From Azolla caroliniana (taxonomy: Eukaryota > Plantae > Polypodiophyta): a DNA stretch of 64,000 nt. This document shows positions 20,000 through 32,223 of the stretch, one piece after another; position 1 is the first letter of the stretch; the number at the start of each line of letters is the position of its first letter. Under the pieces are notes generated by a model. That model saw only the letters and a program-made list of their open reading frames with translations. It was not told the origin of the DNA and searched no databases. The translations under genes and the position numbers were made by a program. Location: positions 6,696,001 to 6,760,000 of the forward strand of contig JBHGNT010000001.1 of assembly GCA_043228905.1 (NCBI GenBank), written 5' to 3'.

Positions 20000-22200
20000 A
20001 ACAGTAGATGAGCCAGCAACCTAATGCATTACAAGAACCTTATTGAGAGTGATACGATTAGTCTTCATTGTAAGCCTCTAAGTTGTGTCTATATTTGCTT
20101 GCTTATGAGTACATGTGCATTGGGCTTGCATCATACATAGGGTCGCCTTGCATCTAAAGGGGGTTCTTCATTTTGAACATGCAAAAGAAATGTTATGGAG
20201 GTATTTCCTAATCTTTGAGCAAAATATCCTTGGTGCTTGCTTGAGATGGTATACTGCTAATTTGAGCTAACGTATTGTGTTGAATGGGATTCCAACTTAC
20301 ATCTAGGGGCCAATTCCATGCACGATTCTTTCTCGAGATCTACTTAGAGGATGACACTCTTAACATTCATTTGATACCCCTTTGTTGGGATTCAAAAACT
20401 TGAGCTTTTTTTATTTGACAATTGTCAATTTTGCCACAAAAGCAAATGTCTCGTCATAGTCAATGTTGTGAGTTTGTGCATAACACTTGACAATGAGTTG
20501 AGCTTTGTATTTATCGACAATTCCATCCTAGTTGTATTATACCTTGTAGACACTACATTGAAAAATTGATGGCCTTCATGTGTGGTGGAGGTGAGACAAG
20601 GTCCCACATCTCATTGTCATAAACAACTTGTGTCTCTTCAACCATCCCTTTTACCCAAATACGACTACAAGCGTAAGTTGCACGTATTTACTGTGGCTAT
20701 ATTTTGCAACCAAATTCTTCTCATGAGTGTAACGTCATGATCACTCTTGTTCCTCATGTAGGTATTTCAAATGTCCTTAAGGTAAGTAAATTGAACAAAT
20801 AATCAATTGATGGATTGCACTTGCTCATGGTTGGAACCCTCACAATTGTCTTCATACTCATGTAGCTTTGATCTACCTTAGCCAAATCAAGCTATGGAAG
20901 TACCACATTGCAAAGTACAATAGTCAAGGTTGGAGGGTTCAACTAGACTACTCATAAGCTTAAAGTTGAATTGCATGGTGCAACATCCACGACAATGTCA
21001 AAATCTTCAACTATTGTGAATGTGGTCAAATTTGGAGAACACCATGATTTCATTTTATGAAGTATTACATTGTGGCCTACGAACCATGCATGTAGACATA
21101 TTGAAGCAAACATACTCCTTTTGCCCAAGCAAGTAACTTTTGAAAATGCACTTCTGAAACTTGGTTTGAGCTTTGTTCACACCCTCATCTAGGAAACGCA
21201 AAATGCATCCAAAAACTGTGTAATGTGACATATCCAGCTTCCTCTTATAATGATGCTAATACGGGTTCACACAATATATTGTCGTTGCAAGGAACCAATT
21301 TATCAAGAAGATTGATAAAGCAATTGCTTTGTGGCATGTTCTTCTCATTGACAATGGCTCAAACTACCTTCGTGATTTGATGATTCTTTTGTTGTGTTGC
21401 ACCATCTTGTTGTGGTGTGTACTTGCATGAGTGATTACAAAATCCTTTCACTTATTCTCCATGATTTATTATGTGATTGAGAGCACCTAAATCCATGAAG
21501 CACAAATAAGGAACCTGGCTCATGCTTGGCAAAATGGAGTTTGCATGCTTATGATTCATTACTAATATATACGTGCAATAATATTTGGAGTTGACAATGT
21601 AATTAGTAAGTTCATTACAGTCATTGTTGACATCACATTTGATCCTTTTGTGGCAATACACCTTGATGCACCCGACTTAATCCAATAATACCAATATTCT
21701 AGTTTGTGTTGGGTGGTTTCCTCCAACATTGAAGCTCCTAGTGCTACTTTGAAAGTTTTCTCTTCTATGTTCTCTTTGCTATGGGCATTGAAAACATATA
21801 TCATAGTTAGATGGAGTTCAACTCTTCGTGAGGTTGAAGCTTTTATGTGTTGTGTTGTCGGCGTAAATTTCTTCAACTTCTTTAATGCGTCCTTTTGTAT
21901 ATTGGACACTTCCCCCATAGAACACAAGTTGTGTTGTAATACATTACATGTTTCTCTCTTTGTTGTTATTCGGGATTGTGGATCCTGAACATATTTTCCA
22001 GATCGCCCTTAATGGATCCCAATAGTCTTTCGCCTTCTATTTCCATGATGCAAAGTTGTTGTGCTAAGGAAAATAATGTTATTTTTTATATAAAATATTA
22101 ATCATACCCAAATGTATGTAAGCAACATGGACATATTGTTTTGTGGTAAACCACCCTTTATAATGTAGAAATGACTAATGTCTAATGGGCTCATAATGTG
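20000..22200 (-). mobile_element. Highly decayed Ty1/copia remnant
   Basis: Protease-like DLGALNH near 21480, integrase TPQQDG near 21400-21420 and RT-like traces near 20400-20600; many stops. Confidence 0.55.
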
Positions 22201-22699
22201 AAAGGGAACCTTAGAGTTACCAACTTGTAGAAAAAGGCAAGAGCCCTCACCTAAAAGATGCCTTTTGGCATCCCGACTACCAACTTTGAGGCTACTTTTT
22301 GGTTCTCATTCTCTCCCATTTGCATCTACTAAGGGCCACTTTCCTTTATGTAGGTTTTCCACACTAATTATTTGAGATACATACATAAATACAAGCGCAC
22401 ACACACACACACTCACGCAGGTTTACTTACTAATTATCTTCTATGTATGTAATAAGTATTTATTTAAGTAAGCCAAAAATATTTCTTAATTGATGTTGTG
22501 ATTACGTGTGTGTTAAATTTAGTCTTAGGAATCCTTCCAGGCTTCCATGGTTCCATGTAGTGGTGAGGTAAGTGCTTTTATGTGCTGAAATATGACATGC
22601 TCTTTGCCATCGGGAATTGATGGCCCCCGTTACCTTGATTAGTCCACTGAGAGGAAGGTGACCTTTGGAAGTGCAACACAAGGCACAAGTCGTGTTAGC

Positions 22700-23520
22700 C
22701 CTTTCGGAAAACTTGATTCCCTAACCTAGTTTAATCATATGGTGCACTAGAGCTTGGTTCATGTATAGGATGTCATGTTGAGAATACCCCATTGCTCAAA
22801 TATACGGTTTAAAGATAGATTATGTATGACAATTCTCCTTGTCTGAGACTTCGAGGAGTTTGACACATGAGGAATTAGGGATTTGTGAGTTAACCAAACA
22901 TTGTGTCAGTCACTTGCATTGGCCTTTATGACACGAGACTTTATAGGTCCATAACAATGTACCTAGGGATGAGGGATATCATGGGAACCTTCATTGATTT
23001 TGTTGCTAGTTGATAGGAAATTCTATTCCATACATTGTAATTCAACTTTCAAATTTAAAACATTACTATTTATTGTTGATATATCAACGTGGGTATCTTT
23101 GTTCTTTGAGGTAGTGAGGTAGTGTGACCCCACACTTCCACTCCATAAAGCTACATTGTGATCCCCATAACATTGGATAACATCAATCACACTTCCCATT
23201 CTCAAGTATCACTTTGGTTGCATTGATTCTCAAGCATATAATAATATTCCAAAACCCGCTTGAAGTATAGACTCCTATCATACATTTCGCATGTTTGTCA
23301 ATAGGACATTAATACCAATGTACTCGAAGCTTTGTACCACTTGTATTGGGTCTCTCATGTATATAAAAAAGGGTTAGTGTCTTGGTTGTATTGCCTTTAT
23401 TGTCATCATTTATATTTTTGTCCACATTGACAATTACTCCATTGATCTCAAATGTGTCCAATGCATGAAGTAAGTGATGCATTTAATCTATGAGTAAAAC
23501 AATATCATCAACATATGGGG
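22700..23520 (-). mobile_element. Decayed RTE-like LINE fragment
   Basis: YVDDIV-like motif near 23500 and downstream segments resembling the ORF at 4413-6494. Confidence 0.45.
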
Positions 23521-24299
23521 GTATAAAAACAAGCTCATGCATGAGTTTTGGGCCACCTAATCAAGCCAATGTTTTACCTACTATTAGAGATTATTCCTAA
23601 TGTAAGCATATGACAACGATATATAAGATAGATTAGAAAAGACAAAGAAAGAAGGGTGTCGATCCTCCAATGGTATTTGAACATTTAATGCATAAATTGT
23701 TAGCATGTTTGAACATTTAAATCATAGATTGTTAACATGTTTAAACATCCAATACATAGATTTCTATGATTAAACACTCAATATTCCATTTGACTTAAAT
23801 ATCTTTGGAACTTTACATATATATTTGTATTTCGCACACTAAGAATATGTTGCCCTTTTGGTGTCTTTGAGCATTCTTCTTCAGCTTTCTAGTTTTCTTC
23901 ACATGGAAGACATTTAGGTTTTACGTTTTTGTTGGTATTAAACTATTGAGGTAGATACTCATAACTTTATGTAAGACATTTATAGGAGGTAAGTGTCCTA
24001 TCAACAAAGATTGAATACAACAAGGATTCAAAATCAACAACTCAATAGCTAGGTACATCCTCATGTCAAATGAGATATCATATGCATGGTTACCTGACTC
24101 AAACACAAGTGATTCACATTATATGGGGCTCAATAGCTCAAATTGTTTAACAGCTCAATAGCTCATAAATGTGTGGTGGACAACATTAGATCTATCATGT
24201 TATAGTTGGTGATGATAAACGTTTCACTGTAGAGGAATTTGCCACATCCATTAGGTGATGAAGAGCTTAATGTTACTACATTGATTGGATAAGCTTGTA

Positions 24300-25025
24300 T
24301 ACAAGACTGTGCTTGCAAACAAGATATTCAATATGGTTGCAAGAAATCTTATGGTTGCCAAAGGAAACAAATGCACTTCGTAATATCAGCTCTACGTTTC
24401 TCTTAGAAAGAGAATATGCTAGTAGCAATTAATATAACATGTTTGCAAGAAAACTTATGGTTGCAAAAGGAAACAAATGCACTCCATAATATCATATCTA
24501 TATTTCTCTTAGAAAAAGAATATGGTAGTAGTTTATGATTGTAATATAACATGGTTGATTGTGTCATAGGTCTAAAATGCGTGTAAACATGTTATCTAGT
24601 TGTGGCAACATGTAGACATTGTCTTTCCAAACATTCAATTATGTGAACATTTTGTTTCAAAAAACAAAGTGAGAATGTCCACAATACACATTTAGGATTA
24701 TGTACTAATCCTTGAACCTAGCACATTGCGATGTATTCAAATTGATGTTAATGAACTCCATTGGCAAAGCACTATACTCTATTACTTTCATCATGTTGCT
24801 ACCAGAAAAGTATTGATGTATCCCCTCAAGAAAATGGAGGATTCTTCTCACATTGCAAGGTATGGCTTACAGTTGACGAAACAAAGAAAGGAGTGAACTT
24901 GCAGGATTTGTAATCAAGAAATAGAGTGAATACACTTCAAGTGAGTTTTAAGCTTCTATGAAAGCTTAGGAATATGTAAACAACTTGTTGTCACAAGGAT
25001 GTGGCAGAAAGGAAACGAATCATAG
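24300..25025 (+). mobile_element. Possible copia integrase remnant with a ~110-bp local duplication
   Basis: EYTSSEF-like and VAERK-like traces at 24925-25020; 24337-24440 repeated at 24444-24550. Confidence 0.35.
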
Positions 25026-25086
25026 TCTTTAGGAGTAAATCGTGTTGGTGCTTCTAGGTAATCTTTAGGAGCGAATCGTGTTGGTG

Positions 25087-25124
<38 letters not shown>

Positions 25125-25125
<1 letters not shown>

Positions 25126-27885
25126 TCGTAAATAATGGCTTTCATTACGAAAGAAAAAACACCACCATGACTAACTTACAATAAACTATAGAACCCCTTC
25201 TATCTAGGGATCTAAAGAAAACTACGACACCAAACTCAATGCCACCCTACACACCAATTCAAATGGCGAATATAATGATATGTGACCTTGTAGAGTTCTC
25301 TCTCTTCCTGGTTGAGATTTTGTGACTTCTCTAGCACTGTCAATTGCCACAAAAGAAGTCCTTTTAACTTTAGAACATATTTTCTCACCCCAACTTGCGA
25401 ATAAAAAATGAAGGCATTCCGCATATTCCAATTGAACCATAGCCCCCAATACCTCTAGAACTCAAAAATAATTTGAAAATGAGGCATCGGTTCATTGTTC
25501 TCCATATGTGCAAAAACCCAACTGAAGGAAGATAAACTTACTCCTGTTAGAGACATCCACACTAAACTGATACACCTACAAACCATCCTTGCCATCGGGC
25601 ATGAAATAAATCGATGCCTACTATGTTCCAATTCCACCGAACAAAAGAAACGCAATCCTTTAGTAATGTTTCTTCTTTTTAATGCATCCCCTAATGGTAA
25701 AGCTCCAACCATAACTCTCCAAATAAATACCTTGGCTTGTAGCATCAATCAAGAACACCAACCTGCCTTGATCACATGAAACCACCAAGTAATGGGCTTA
25801 TGAAAACCCCATATCTTTATAACCCTTTCTTCCAACCACTTATGTTTGTCAATCTACTTGTGATAAGCAACATTTGTTGCGATCATAGTCAATCTCTTAT
25901 TTCCAACAAACCTCCAATCAAGCTCTTGAGATCGCCCATCTAAATCAGGAATTGGCTCATGCGAAGATAGTATTTGTTGCAACTTATCCCAAATAAAGTT
26001 ATAACCTTTTGGAATACGAAATGTTGATCTTATTGTTCAAAAAGCCATTAATCTTTTTTGTGAAACCAACATAGCATCCTTAACTCTTACCAAACCCAAT
26101 CTAGCCATCCGATTAAATTGAAGGTTAAGAATTTGTTTACCTTCCCACCTCAACAACCTTGATGTTGCCAAAACCTCCATTTGTAATGAATTGGCACATC
26201 CCCATTCCACAAAATCCAACATACTTTGCCAAGATGTCAACAAATGATTAACTATCATAGACCCTGTACATTTGACATCCCTGTCAGAATTAATTACATT
26301 CCACCAATTCGCTTCAACCTTCGTGTTTCCAAGCTTTATTCTGTTCTTCCCTATAAAGTATGCCACCATTTCTATCCAAGGTTGTACACCGTCAAACATG
26401 AATCGAATGAAAGTAAATCGACGAGCCACCATATGCTCATATAGATTCAATATTGATGCCCCACCAAGACGCTTTGGAGTACAAACATGATCCCATGCCA
26501 ACCATGACAAGGCACTTTTCCCTTTTCTTTTCCATAACAACATTCGCATCGAGCGTGACAACATTTCAAGAGCTTTCTTTGACCATGGGAGCAAAGGAAG
26601 ATAATAAGATACCATAGAGACCATAATCGATTGGACCACCTTAAGTCATACATGAAAAGGCCAAATTTGAGACCTCCAATACATAAACTTATCCTCCAAC
26701 CTTTTGGATACCCACTCAATAAGTTTCACATGAGAAACTTCCACCCCAATTGGATATCCAAGATGACAACAAATCATACCACGACGTACTATCCTTCCTG
26801 ACCACCCCAACCCTAACACATCTTGTTCTGTACATGAAATGAGGACAGATTTATGTATATTAATTCTCAACCCCGAAGCATTTGAAAACAATTCCCACAC
26901 ATCTCTTGTCTTACTAATATTTTCCCGATTAGGTGCCAAAAACATAATATGGTCATCTGCGAGAGCTTGAACAATACATGGCTTCCCTGATGGCAACCTT
27001 AGTCCAAGCAATTCTTCCCCCATAGCCATATTGTGTAACTTAACAAGAATAGGATGTGTCACAATAGTGAATAATAAAGGACTTACCGGGCATCCTTGTC
27101 TAACTGACCTCTGAATAGAAATCGGTTGGGTTACTCCTCCATTAAACATCACATGTGAAACCGAACCCTCCCCTAATGTGTATATCAACTTAGACATACG
27201 ATCACCAAAACCTATATGAGACATCAATTGATTTATAAATGACCAATCCACATTATCATAGGCTTTCTCGATATCCAATTGTAGCAACACTAATTCTTGT
27301 TTAGACTCCTTTGCATAGTCAATTGCCATTTGAACATTTAAAATATTATGTAAAATGTCTCTTTTTGCTAAAAACCCATATTGAGCATTATGAATAATAG
27401 AAGGTAAAACCTTATGCAACCAATTGGCCATCACTTTTGCAAAAATCTTGTACATTCCCCCCATCAATGAAATAGGCCTCCATTGAGCAAAGGAAGATGG
27501 AGAAGGCACTTTCAGCAAAAGCTTGATCAAACCAATCTTCCAAGAATGAGGCATTTCCCTTGATGTCCACACCTTTTGAAATAAAATCGTAAAAGGCCCC
27601 TTTAACTTAATCACATATTTCTTAAAGAGTTCATGTGTTAATCCATCCCACCCATGACTCTTATCATTAGCAAGATGTGACATGACATGTTCCACCTCAT
27701 CCTCTGAAATATTAGCATCTAATGATTGTGCCACATCATGTGATACATGATTTTTCACTCCATTAAAAAATACATCTCTATCCTTTTTAACATTATCATC
27801 GATACACACTTGTACATCCAACAATTGTGTATAATATTCTATGCATTTCTTCACAATTTCTTGAGGATCGGAACACATGATACCA

Positions 27886-27890
<5 letters not shown>
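25125..27890 (-). mobile_element. 5'-truncated L1-type LINE, copy 1, between (TC)n tracts
   Basis: RT ORF 26646-27878 (WRPISL, LDIEKAYD, SVRQGCPVSP, ALADD), then 26037-26639 and a zf-RVT-like piece 25455-25748. Confidence 0.9.
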
Positions 27891-27947
<57 letters not shown>

Positions 27948-29705
27948 GTGGTGATTAGCTTACCCTCCCTAGTGGTAATTCATTTACACTACTAGCACTA
28001 CATCTTGGGTTTGAAACCCAAATTTCGCACCTCTCTATTACTCCATATATATCTCTTATTTCACTAGATGCCAACCTGCCTTGGCTCGTAGCATCAATCG
28101 AGAACGCCAACCTGCCTTATCACATGAAGCCAGCAAGTAATGGGGTTATGAAAACCCCATATCTTTATAACACTTTCTTCCAACCACTTATGTTTGTCAA
28201 TCTACTTGTGATAAGCAACATTTGTTGAGACCATAGTCAATCTCTTATTTCCAACAAACCTCCAATCAAGCTCTTGAGATCACCCATCTAAATCATGAAT
28301 TGGCTCAAACGAAGATAGTATTTTTTTCAACTTATCCCAAATAAAGATATATAACCTTTTGGAATATGAAATGTTGATCTTATTGTTTCAAAGGCCATTA
28401 ATCTTCTTTGTGACACCAACATAGCATCCTTAACTCTTACCAAACCCAATCTAGCCATCCGATTAAATTGAAGGTTAAGAATTTGTTTACCTTCCCACCT
28501 CAACAACCTTGATGTTGCCAAAACCTCCATTTGTAATGAATTGACAAATTCCCTTTCTTGTGGAGGATGTCATTCCACAAAATCCAACATACTTTGCCAA
28601 GATGTCAACAAATGATTAACTATCATAGACCCTGCACATTTGACATCCCTATCAGAATTAACTACATTACAGCAATTAGTTTGAACCTTCATGTTTCCAA
28701 GTTTAATTCCATTCTTCTCTATAAAGTACGCCATAATTTATGTCCAACGTTGTAAATCTTCAAACATAAATTGAATGTGCTCACATAGATTCAATATTGA
28801 TGCCCCACCAAGACAATTCGGAGTGCAAACATGATTCCATGCCAACCATGACAAGGCACTTTTTCCTTTTCTTTTCCATAACAACATTCGCATTGATCGT
28901 GACAACATTTCAAGAGCTTCCTTCGACCATGGGAGCAAAGGAAGATAATAAGATACCATAGAGACCATAATCGATTGGACCACCTTAAGTCGTACATGAA
29001 AAGGTCAAATTTGAGACCTCCAATACATAAACTTATCCTCCAACCTTTTGGATACTTGCTCAATAAGATTCACATGAGAAACTTCCACCCCAATTGGATA
29101 TCCAAGATGACAACAAATCATACCACGATGTACTATCCTTCCTGACCACCCCAACCCTAACACATCTTGTTCTGTACATGAAATGAGGGCATATTTATGT
29201 ATATTAATTCTCAACCCCGAAGCATTTGAAAACAATTCCCACACATCTCTTGTCTTGCTAATATTTTCCCGATTAGGTGCCAAAAACATAATATGGTCAT
29301 CTGCGAGAGCTTGAACAATACATGGCTTCCCTGATGGCAACCTTAGTCCAAGCAATTCTTCCCCCATAGCCATATTGTGTAACTTAACAAGAATAGGATG
29401 TGTCACAATAGTGAATAATAAAGGACTTACCGGGCATCCTTGTCTAACTGATCTCCGAATAGAAATTGGTTGTGCTACTCCTCCATTAAACATCACATGT
29501 GAAACCGAACCCTCCCCTAATGTGTATATCAACTTAGACATACGATCACCAAAACCTATATGAGACATCAACTGATTTATAAATGACCAATCCACATTAT
29601 CATAGGCTTTCTCGATATCCAATTGTTGTAACACTAATTCTTGTTTAGACTCCTTTGCATAGTCAATTGCCATTTGAACATTTAAAATATTATGTAAAAT
29701 GTCTT

Positions 29706-29929
29706 CTTCTTTTTTCCAAAATAAATTCTACTTCCATTAGTTAAGAAAAAGTACATGGAATAATATACAACTCATATGTTACAAGCCACTTTGCAATGGC
29801 TACAACAAAACATCATGTATAAATGAAGCAACTAAGCCTCATCACATAATTACTCGATAGACGCCCATCACACACCCACATTCAGCAAAGACACCCGCCA
29901 ATCACTTCACAATTCAGCACCCATATAAG
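29706..29929 (-). mobile_element. Short LINE 3'-UTR insertion
   Basis: Interrupts the alignment with copy 1; A-rich tail on the minus strand preceded by TAACTAATGG. Confidence 0.55.
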
Positions 29930-30148
29930 AACCCATATTGAGATTTATGAATAATAGAAGGTAAAACCTTATGCAACCAATTGGCCATCACTTTTGCAAA
30001 AATCTTGTACATTCCGCCCATCAATGAAAAAAGCCTCCATTGAGCAAAGGAAGATCGAGAAGGGACCTTCGGCAAAAGCTTTATCAAACCAATTTTCTAA
30101 GAATGAGGCATTTCCCCTTATGTCCACACCTTCTGAAATAAAACCATA

Positions 30149-30545
30149 TCTGGTTTGAGTTGGTATCTTGGCTGCGGGGACGATACGACTCAATCAAGGG
30201 GGAATCTGATGCAGCTGAAAGATCTCGATCAAAGTTCTTGCTGAAATGGGGTAATTCTCCTATGGTGGGCAGATCCTCATCAGGGCCTCAATGGAACTAC
30301 CAAGCACCCCGATGGCTGTTTCCGGTTTCCAACAGCGTCTAGGTGCTGTAAATCTGTATAGATATGGTACAAATTATTAGGTTATTGGAGTTGTTTGGAT
30401 ACGTTTGTTGAAAATGAGGTGGGGACTATGTCCACTTTGGTGGGAAGGCCAGAGTGAGGGCTGGTGAGAAGAACTTTGGGTGTTCTATGATGTAATTTTG
30501 TTTGCTAACTAATGTGAAGTAGTGTTTTTTTGGAAAAAAAAAAAA
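30149..30545 (+). mobile_element. 5'-truncated L1 3' end with poly(A) and target-site duplication
   Basis: Duplication AAAACCATA (30140-30148, 30546-30554); encodes GPQWNYQAPRWLFP, like NYQPPRWLFP near 19560. Confidence 0.85.
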
Positions 30546-31063
30546 AAAACCATAAAAGACCCCTTTAACTTAATCATATATTTCTTTATTTCTTAAAGAG
30601 TTCATGTGTTAATCCATCCCACCCAAGACTCTTATAAGTTATCATTAGCAAGATGTGACATGACATATTCCACCTCATCCTCTAAAATATTAACATCTAA
30701 TGATTGTGCCACATCATGCAATACATGATTTTTCACTCCATTAAAAAATACATCTCTATCATTTTTAACATTATCATCAATGTAACACACTAGTCTTGTA
30801 CATCTAACAATTATGTACAATATTCTATGCATTTCTTCACAATTCCTTGAGGATCGGAACACACGATACCATTTTCCTCTAACCTTACAACATAATGTCA
30901 TGCATGTGATTCATGAAGGTCATGAAAAAACTTATGTGATTGACAATTAGCATCCTTCACTTCTTGTCTTAGTCGATGTAGTTTAGCATGTTGATAATTT
31001 TTTGTCGTAAGATCATGCATCACAAAATTTAATACCTCTTGATATCCCGTCAACTCTACATCC

Positions 31064-31127
<64 letters not shown>

Positions 31128-31269
31128 TTGCCCTAAACAAGTTTGAGAATCCGAGTATCACACTTTGATACAATACTCTGCCTTTAAACACATTCGACCA
31201 TGCTTTCCACACATCTTTGACCAAGCCCAATCCTTGCACGGATTTCTGTCACAACCACAATGTGCACTC

Positions 31270-31755
31270 TCGATTGTAACATTCATTGGTAAAGTTCTTG
31301 AACATCGAGAGTGGCCACTCACTTTCACAAGTATCACCTGAAATGTAATATTCTTGGTCTCATGTATCATATTTGACCTCCAAAGACGATAATATAATCT
31401 CTCCCACCCTCTCCAAACTATTAGATACCCTGAATATAAAGAGACTAGATAGGTATATCTTAGAGCTAACAACATAGGAAGAACAAGCTACAAAGTGTTA
31501 ACCATAACCCTTTTAATATTCATCAACATGTAAGTAGTGTAATTTTTCAGGAACAAGGGGAGACAATGAATGTGGATACACTTACGCCACTCGGCCTCTC
31601 TCTTGAGGAAGCAGAAATGTAAAGAACAACCAAACGCCCTCGGATATTGGGCTTCAAAACAACTCGACATGTAATAGAAACAATTAAGGAGATAAGGGAA
31701 CGTGAGCTAAGCCGACTAGAAGTTATGGTTGGGGTACCTTCCACATTGGGACCAC
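31270..31755 (+). mobile_element. RTE-like LINE C-terminal fragment related to 4413-6494
   Basis: Encodes LLDTLNIKRLDRYILEL and PLGLSLEEAE...RPRILGFKTT...IRERELSRLEVM. Confidence 0.75.
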
Positions 31756-31764
31756 GGGGGGCAA

Positions 31765-31978
31765 CATACAAACATACATTACAGAAATACGGACATGCAT
31801 ACATATATACATACATGATATACCATACATACTATACACAACATACACGCTACAAACAAGTTTCACGGAACTTGGAAGGCAAGGGGGGGGAGGGGGGGAG
31901 GGCTACCATGCAAACACAGATAATACATACATGCATGCATATATATGTATACAAACATACATTACAGATATACGAACA

Positions 31979-32026
<48 letters not shown>

Positions 32027-32170
32027 AACATACATTACAGACATACGAACATGCATATATGTATATACAAACATACATTACAGAAATACGGACATGCATA
32101 CATACATACATACATGATATACCATACATATTATACACAACATACACGCTACAAACAAGTTTCACGGAAC
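31765..32170 (+). repeat. Repeat array upstream of PrxIIF
   Basis: Unit TACAAACATACATTACAGANATACGRACATGCATA occurs four times with a (TA)n tract; 31767-31870 is duplicated at 32066-32170. Confidence 0.8.
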
Positions 32171-32223
32171 ATAATTTATCTGTCTATCTCGACACTTCCA
32201 ATTTCATATCGTCTCACTCAGCG

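Larger units (their letters stand above)
28070..31250 (-). mobile_element. L1-type LINE, copy 2 (closely related to copy 1), with two nested inserts
   Basis: 28089-29700 parallels 25740-27360; ORF 29005-29673 is almost identical to part of 26646-27878. Confidence 0.88.
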
